DNA from: Escherichia coli
Lineage (GTDB): Bacteria; Pseudomonadota; Gammaproteobacteria; Enterobacterales; Enterobacteriaceae
NCBI RefSeq assembly: GCF_009931435.1
Contig: NZ_CP043414.1
Reading direction: 5' to 3' (one strand)
DNA: 64,000 nucleotides
The position numbers and the translations under genes were made by a program. Shown here piece after piece: positions 60,222-64,000 of this stretch. Under the pieces are notes generated by a model. That model searched no databases, had not been told where the DNA came from, and saw only the letters and a list, made by a program, of their open reading frames with translations. Within the stretch, counting starts at the first letter, position 1. Each line of letters begins with the position of its first letter.

Positions 60222-60937
60222 TGGGACAGCGCGCGTGAACCTCTTTCGCGTGCGCTGTTGATCCACATCCGGCTGCCGTTGAGGGCAATAAAGGTCAGGA
60301 TGATGTACTCCAGAGACATGGCGTAAACGCCCTGAAGTGCAAAAATAACGACGCTAATCACGTTAATAATCACCCACAATAGCCAGTTTTCCACATACTT
60401 ACGCGTCATCAGAATCATTGCCACGATAGATAACACCATCATGCAGGAATCCCAGAACGGGAAAGCGTCCGGTTGCAGTTCAGGCATCGCAACCTGTAAT
60501 CCTAATGCTTGCATGATCATGACTGCCACGCGGGTCAAAAATGCAAACACCGGATTGATAAATACCGTCATCAGACCAACCGAAACAACGCAAACCGCCA
60601 ACCAGCTGAGCGCCTTCGGCAATGGCAACCAGCGAATTTTCAACTCCGCCTCGTTCTGACTGGTTTGTCGCGACCACGCATACCAACCGTAAATATTCGC
60701 GGCAAAGAAAAACACCTGTAATAGCAGGCTGGCATACAGCTGAATCTGAAAGAAAATAATGCCAAACAAGGTGACGTTGATCAGGCCAAAGAAGTAGTTG
60801 CTGATCTTCTCCAGACTGGCAAGGCCAATACACAGCAACCCGGCGATCGTGCCTACCGCTTCGATCCATGAGAGATCATAACCGCCTGCTCCTATTGGTA
60901 TATGTACCAGGATATTCTGCACACTAAAAAAATCCAT
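60218..60937 (-). CDS. pnuC: Nicotinamide riboside transporter PnuC
   Basis: 239-aa polytopic membrane protein, downstream of nadA on the same strand. Confidence 0.9.
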   Translation of the reverse strand: MDFFSVQNILVHIPIGAGGYDLSWIEAVGTIAGLLCIGLASLEKISNYFFGLINVTLFGIIFFQIQLYASLLLQVFFFAANIYGWYAWSRQTSQNEAELKIRWLPLPKALSWLAVCVVSVGLMTVFINPVFAFLTRVAVMIMQALGLQVAMPELQPDAFPFWDSCMMVLSIVAMILMTRKYVENWLLWVIINVISVVIFALQGVYAMSLEYIILTFIALNGSRMWINSARERGSRALSH

Positions 60938-60974
60938 CTTTCCCCCAAAGCGTAACGTGACGCCTTATTATTAG

Positions 60975-62018
60975 TTATCCACGTAGTGTAGCCGCAAAAT
61001 CCAGCATACGATTGAGCGGCACCAGCGCCTTCTCTCGCAGCTTTTCCTCAACATGAACCTCGTGATTGCTTCCTTCCTGTTCTAATGCCTCTGCGATGGC
61101 CTGAAGGCCATTCATGGCCATCCACGGACAATGCGCGCAGCTGCGGCAGGTTGCGCCCTCACCCGCGGTTGGTGCTTCCAGTAACTCTTTATCTGGCACC
61201 GCCTGCTGCATTTTGTAGAAAATACCCCGATCGGTTGCCACGATAAGTCGCTGATGTGGCAATGTTTTCGCAGCAGCGATCAGTTGACTGGTGGAACCGA
61301 CCGCATCCGCCATATCTACAATAGCTTGCGGTGATTCTGGATGCACCAGTATGGCAGCATCCGGGTATTGTTTTTGCAAGCGGGTTAACGCCTGAGTCTT
61401 AAATTCATCATGCACAATGCAGGCACCCTGCCAGCATAAAATGTCTGCGCCCGTCTGTTTTTGCACGTAACGCCCCAGATGTTTGTCGGGTGCCCAGATG
61501 ATTTTTTCACCCAAACTATCCAGATGATCAATAAGTTCGACGGCAATGCTTGAAGTTACCACCCAATCTGCCCGCGCTTTTACCGCAGCAGAAGTGTTGG
61601 CGTAGACGACGACAGTATGATCGGGATGGGCATCGCAAAATGCGTTAAATTCTTCAACAGGGCAGCCGAGATCCAGTGAACATTCAGCCTGAAGTGTCGG
61701 CATCAGAATTGTTTTTTCCGGACTGAGAATTTTGGCGGTTTCTCCCATAAATCTCACCCCAGCGACTAACAACGTAGAAGCGGGATGCTTTGCACCGAAG
61801 CGCGCCATTTCCAGAGAATCAGAAATACAGCCACCGGTTTCTTCTGCCAGTTGTTGAATTTCGGGATCGGTATAGTAGTGGGCAACCATCACCGCATTAC
61901 GTTCTTTTAGCAGACGTTTTATCTTCTCGCGGTAATACGCTTTTTCATCAATGCTTAACGGCGTCGGCTTCGGGGGGAAAGGATAAATCGCCGCTTCAGG
62001 ATCAAACATCACGCTCAT
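60975..62018 (-). CDS. nadA: Quinolinate synthase NadA
   Basis: 347-aa ORF recognised as NadA. Confidence 0.95.
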   Translation of the reverse strand: MSVMFDPEAAIYPFPPKPTPLSIDEKAYYREKIKRLLKERNAVMVAHYYTDPEIQQLAEETGGCISDSLEMARFGAKHPASTLLVAGVRFMGETAKILSPEKTILMPTLQAECSLDLGCPVEEFNAFCDAHPDHTVVVYANTSAAVKARADWVVTSSIAVELIDHLDSLGEKIIWAPDKHLGRYVQKQTGADILCWQGACIVHDEFKTQALTRLQKQYPDAAILVHPESPQAIVDMADAVGSTSQLIAAAKTLPHQRLIVATDRGIFYKMQQAVPDKELLEAPTAGEGATCRSCAHCPWMAMNGLQAIAEALEQEGSNHEVHVEEKLREKALVPLNRMLDFAATLRG

Positions 62019-62090
62019 CTTACCATCTCGTTTTACAGGCTTAACATTAAAACCGACATAAGCGTGATATTCGCTATTATCGGCATAATT

Positions 62091-62108
62091 TGTTTTATAT
62101 GCTAAACA
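62091..62108. promoter_or_regulatory. NadR (NAD box)-like operator upstream of nadA
   Basis: tgttttatatgctaaaca, a TGTTTA...TAAACA-type inverted repeat about 75 bp upstream of the nadA start. Confidence 0.5.
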
Positions 62109-62420
62109 AGATAGTCGAATGGTGGGGAAAAGTCACTCGAAATACGTATGAGATGACGAATGCCACACTTTGCGTCTTATTCCTCCGACGTAGAGTCGTT
62201 TACGCAGCAAGCGCGGAGTATGTCATCAGGGTCAAGAATTGAAATTGAGAGATGCCTGAATAGCAAAAAAGCGCCTTTAGGGCGCTTTTTTACATTGGTG
62301 GGTCGTGCAGGATGACTCACTTCGCTCGCCCTTCGGGCCGTCGCCGCAAGCGGCTCCGTTGTTTCGCTGCGCTCTACTCGAACCTGCAGCAGGTTCGAAT
62401 CTTTGAATATCGCAGATAGC

Positions 62421-62447
62421 AAAAAAGCGCCTTTAGGGCGCTTTTTT
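62421..62447 (-). terminator. Terminator hairpin immediately after the last tRNA-Lys (a second copy lies at about 62265-62291)
   Basis: aaaaaagcgcc-ttta-gggcgctttttt, a symmetric hairpin flanked by A/T runs on both sides. Confidence 0.6.
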
Positions 62448-62451
62448 ACAT

Positions 62452-62527
62452 TGGTGGGTCGTGCAGGATTCGAACCTGCGACCAATTGATTAAAAGTCAA
62501 CTGCTCTACCAACTGAGCTAACGACCC
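62452..62527 (-). tRNA. lysQ: tRNA-Lys (anticodon UUU)
   Basis: Reverse complement is a 76-nt tRNA-Lys including CCA: gggtcgttagctcagttggtagagcagttgacttttaatcaattggtcgcaggttcgaatcctgcacgacccacca. Confidence 0.9.
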
Positions 62528-62659
62528 CTTGCGGGATTATGCTGCTTTAATCATTCAGGATGGTGGGTCGTGCAGGATGACTCGACTTCGTCTCGCCCTT
62601 CGGGCCGTTGCTGACGCAACGTTATCCTTCACATTCTCTACCAGTAACCACCTTTAAAT

Positions 62660-62735
62660 TGGTGGGTCGTGCAGGATTCGAACCTGCGACCAATTGATTA
62701 AAAGTCAACTGCTCTACCAACTGAGCTAACGACCC
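62660..62735 (-). tRNA. lysZ: tRNA-Lys (anticodon UUU)
   Basis: Identical 76-nt tRNA-Lys sequence on the minus strand. Confidence 0.9.
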
Positions 62736-62881
62736 ATACGGGTGTTACCTGAATGATTTCTACTCGGGACCAATCTTTAATATTGGTGGATCGTGCAGGA
62801 TGACTCGCTTCGCTCGCCCTACGGGCCGTTGCTGGCGCAACGTTATCCTTCACGCTTAACATCTGAGTTTGATGTTAAAAC

Positions 62882-62957
62882 TGGTGGGTCGTGCAGGATT
62901 CGAACCTGCGACCAATTGATTAAAAGTCAACTGCTCTACCAACTGAGCTAACGACCC
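62882..62957 (-). tRNA. lysY: tRNA-Lys (anticodon UUU)
   Basis: Identical 76-nt tRNA-Lys sequence on the minus strand. Confidence 0.9.
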
Positions 62958-62960
62958 GAG

Positions 62961-63036
62961 TGGTGGGTGATGACGGGATCGAACCGCCGACCCCCTCCTT
63001 GTAAGGGAGGTGCTCTCCCAGCTGAGCTAATCACCC
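62961..63036 (-). tRNA. valZ: tRNA-Val (anticodon UAC)
   Basis: Reverse complement is a 76-nt tRNA-Val: gggtgattagctcagctgggagagcacctcccttacaaggagggggtcggcggttcgatcccgtcatcacccacca. Confidence 0.9.
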
Positions 63037-63086
63037 GATACTGCGCTGGATACTACAAACTACTTCCACCGAACCCACCGCATTAG

Positions 63087-63162
63087 TGGTGGGTCGTGCA
63101 GGATTCGAACCTGCGACCAATTGATTAAAAGTCAACTGCTCTACCAACTGAGCTAACGACCC
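63087..63162 (-). tRNA. lysW: tRNA-Lys (anticodon UUU)
   Basis: Identical 76-nt tRNA-Lys sequence on the minus strand. Confidence 0.9.
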
Positions 63163-63164
63163 GG

Positions 63165-63240
63165 TGGTGGGTGATGACGGGTTCGAACCGCCGACCCCCT
63201 CCTTGTAAGGGAGGTGCTCTCCCAGCTGAGCTAATCACCC
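63165..63240 (-). tRNA. valT: tRNA-Val (anticodon UAC)
   Basis: 76-nt tRNA-Val differing from the 62961 copy at one T-arm position (ggttcgaac versus ggatcgaac on the plus strand). Confidence 0.9.
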
Positions 63241-63375
63241 GATACTACGCTGGATACTACAACTAACTAGGTTAGTGGTGGGTCGTGCAGGATGACTCGA
63301 CTTCGTCTCGCCCTTCGGGCCGTTGCTGACGCAACGTTATCCTTCACGTTTTACTACCGCTTCCACCTTAGCGAT

Positions 63376-63451
63376 TGGTGGGTCGTGCAGGATTCGAACC
63401 TGCGACCAATTGATTAAAAGTCAACTGCTCTACCAACTGAGCTAACGACCC
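63376..63451 (-). tRNA. lysT: tRNA-Lys (anticodon UUU)
   Basis: Identical 76-nt tRNA-Lys; first gene of the cluster after cpoB. Confidence 0.9.
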
Positions 63452-63615
63452 ACTTTTTCGTTGCTTTCGGTTTGTTTGATATCCCGTGGCAACGGCGGCA
63501 TATATTACTGATTTCAGACTTGAGCGCAACAAAAATTTCGATGTAGATCACTCAACTGCTTATGATTCGCACGACACGACCAGAAATAATGCAACTTCTG
63601 GTCGTGTGTTATGCA

Positions 63616-64000
63616 TTACATCGCGTTCAGACGTTTTTGCGCCTGTTTTGCGCCATCAGTACCAGGGTATTTACTGATAACCTGCTGGTATACGGCTTTC
63701 GCTTTTGCGGTGTCACCTTTGTCCTGCATGATGACGCCGACTTTAAACATCGCATCTGCAGCCTTCGGTGACTTCGGATAGTTTTTCACTACCGAAGCAA
63801 AATAATACGCCGCATCATCTTTTTTACCCTTGTTGTAGTTTAACTGACCCAGCCAATAATTGGCGTTTGGCAGATAAGTTGAATCAGGGTAATTTTTGAT
63901 GAAATTCTGAAATGCCACCATTGCGTCATCCTGGCGGGATTTATCCTGCACCAGCGCAATAGCTGCATTGTAATCCGTGTTTGCATCACCGCTTTTCACC
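63616..64000 (-). CDS. cpoB: Cell division coordinator CpoB (YbgF), C-terminal TPR part only (5-prime end beyond window)
   Basis: ORF reading into the window edge; TPR-like product ending ...QQVISKYPGTDGAKQAQKRLNAM. Confidence 0.85.
   Translation of the reverse strand, partial: VKSGDANTDYNAAIALVQDKSRQDDAMVAFQNFIKNYPDSTYLPNANYWLGQLNYNKGKKDDAAYYFASVVKNYPKSPKAADAMFKVGVIMQDKGDTAKAKAVYQQVISKYPGTDGAKQAQKRLNAM

Noticed and set aside
62177-62512. 111-aa minus-strand ORF in the track
   Set aside because: It runs through a tRNA-Lys gene, the pseudo-tRNA fragments and the terminator hairpins; its repeated peptide segments (PARPTNVKKRPKGAFLL, twice) simply reflect the duplicated DNA. Not a real CDS.
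62240-63470. Regularly spaced repeats that could resemble a CRISPR array
   Set aside because: The repeats are complete tRNA-Lys and tRNA-Val genes (76 nt with anticodon loops and CCA ends) plus tRNA-derived spacers; there are no cas genes and no CRISPR-like short direct repeats anywhere in the window.

Overview
This window is an Escherichia coli-type chromosomal backbone, the cpoB-to-dinG segment, read in reverse orientation. Backbone genes are recognised from their translated products and expected lengths: dinG (partial), rhlE, cecR-ybhGFSR, ybhQ, ybhP-clsB-ybhN, ybhL, moaABCDE, ybhK, uvrB, bioABFCD, ybhB, ybhC, ybhJ, ybhI, ybhH, ybhD, pgl, ybhA, modABC, acrZ, modEF, galETKM, gpmA, aroG, ybgS, zitB, pnuC, nadA, the seven-gene lysT tRNA cluster and cpoB (partial). 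Known regulatory sites are present (LexA boxes, bioO, gal operators, ModE boxes, NadR box, unoccupied lambda attB, REP/BIME repeats). Three strongly AT-rich insertions interrupt this backbone, none with an integrase, transposase or IS element. (1) Between dinG and rhlE, where I remember ybiA in K-12, two divergent large ORFs of 670 and 561 aa. (2) Between ybhK and uvrB, a second divergent pair of 765 and 550 aa. (3) Between ybhN and ybhL, where I remember ybhM in K-12, a co-directional cassette of four small ORFs led by a small membrane protein. The main finding is that islands 1 and 3 are two copies of the same two-gene module. The minus-strand proteins share clearly alignable C-terminal segments, the plus-strand proteins share an N-terminal W-F-D-N-x-A-K-K motif, and both divergent promoter regions carry the same 16-20 bp element as an inverted pair. 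The 765-aa protein has a pentapeptide-repeat tract, so a type III effector-like function (EspX/SopA/PipB2-like) is one hypothesis, but function is unresolved. I cannot tell from sequence alone whether this module is already described. CDS coordinates follow the supplied ORF track; hand-counted motif coordinates may be off by 1-2 bp; composition statements are by eye, not computed.
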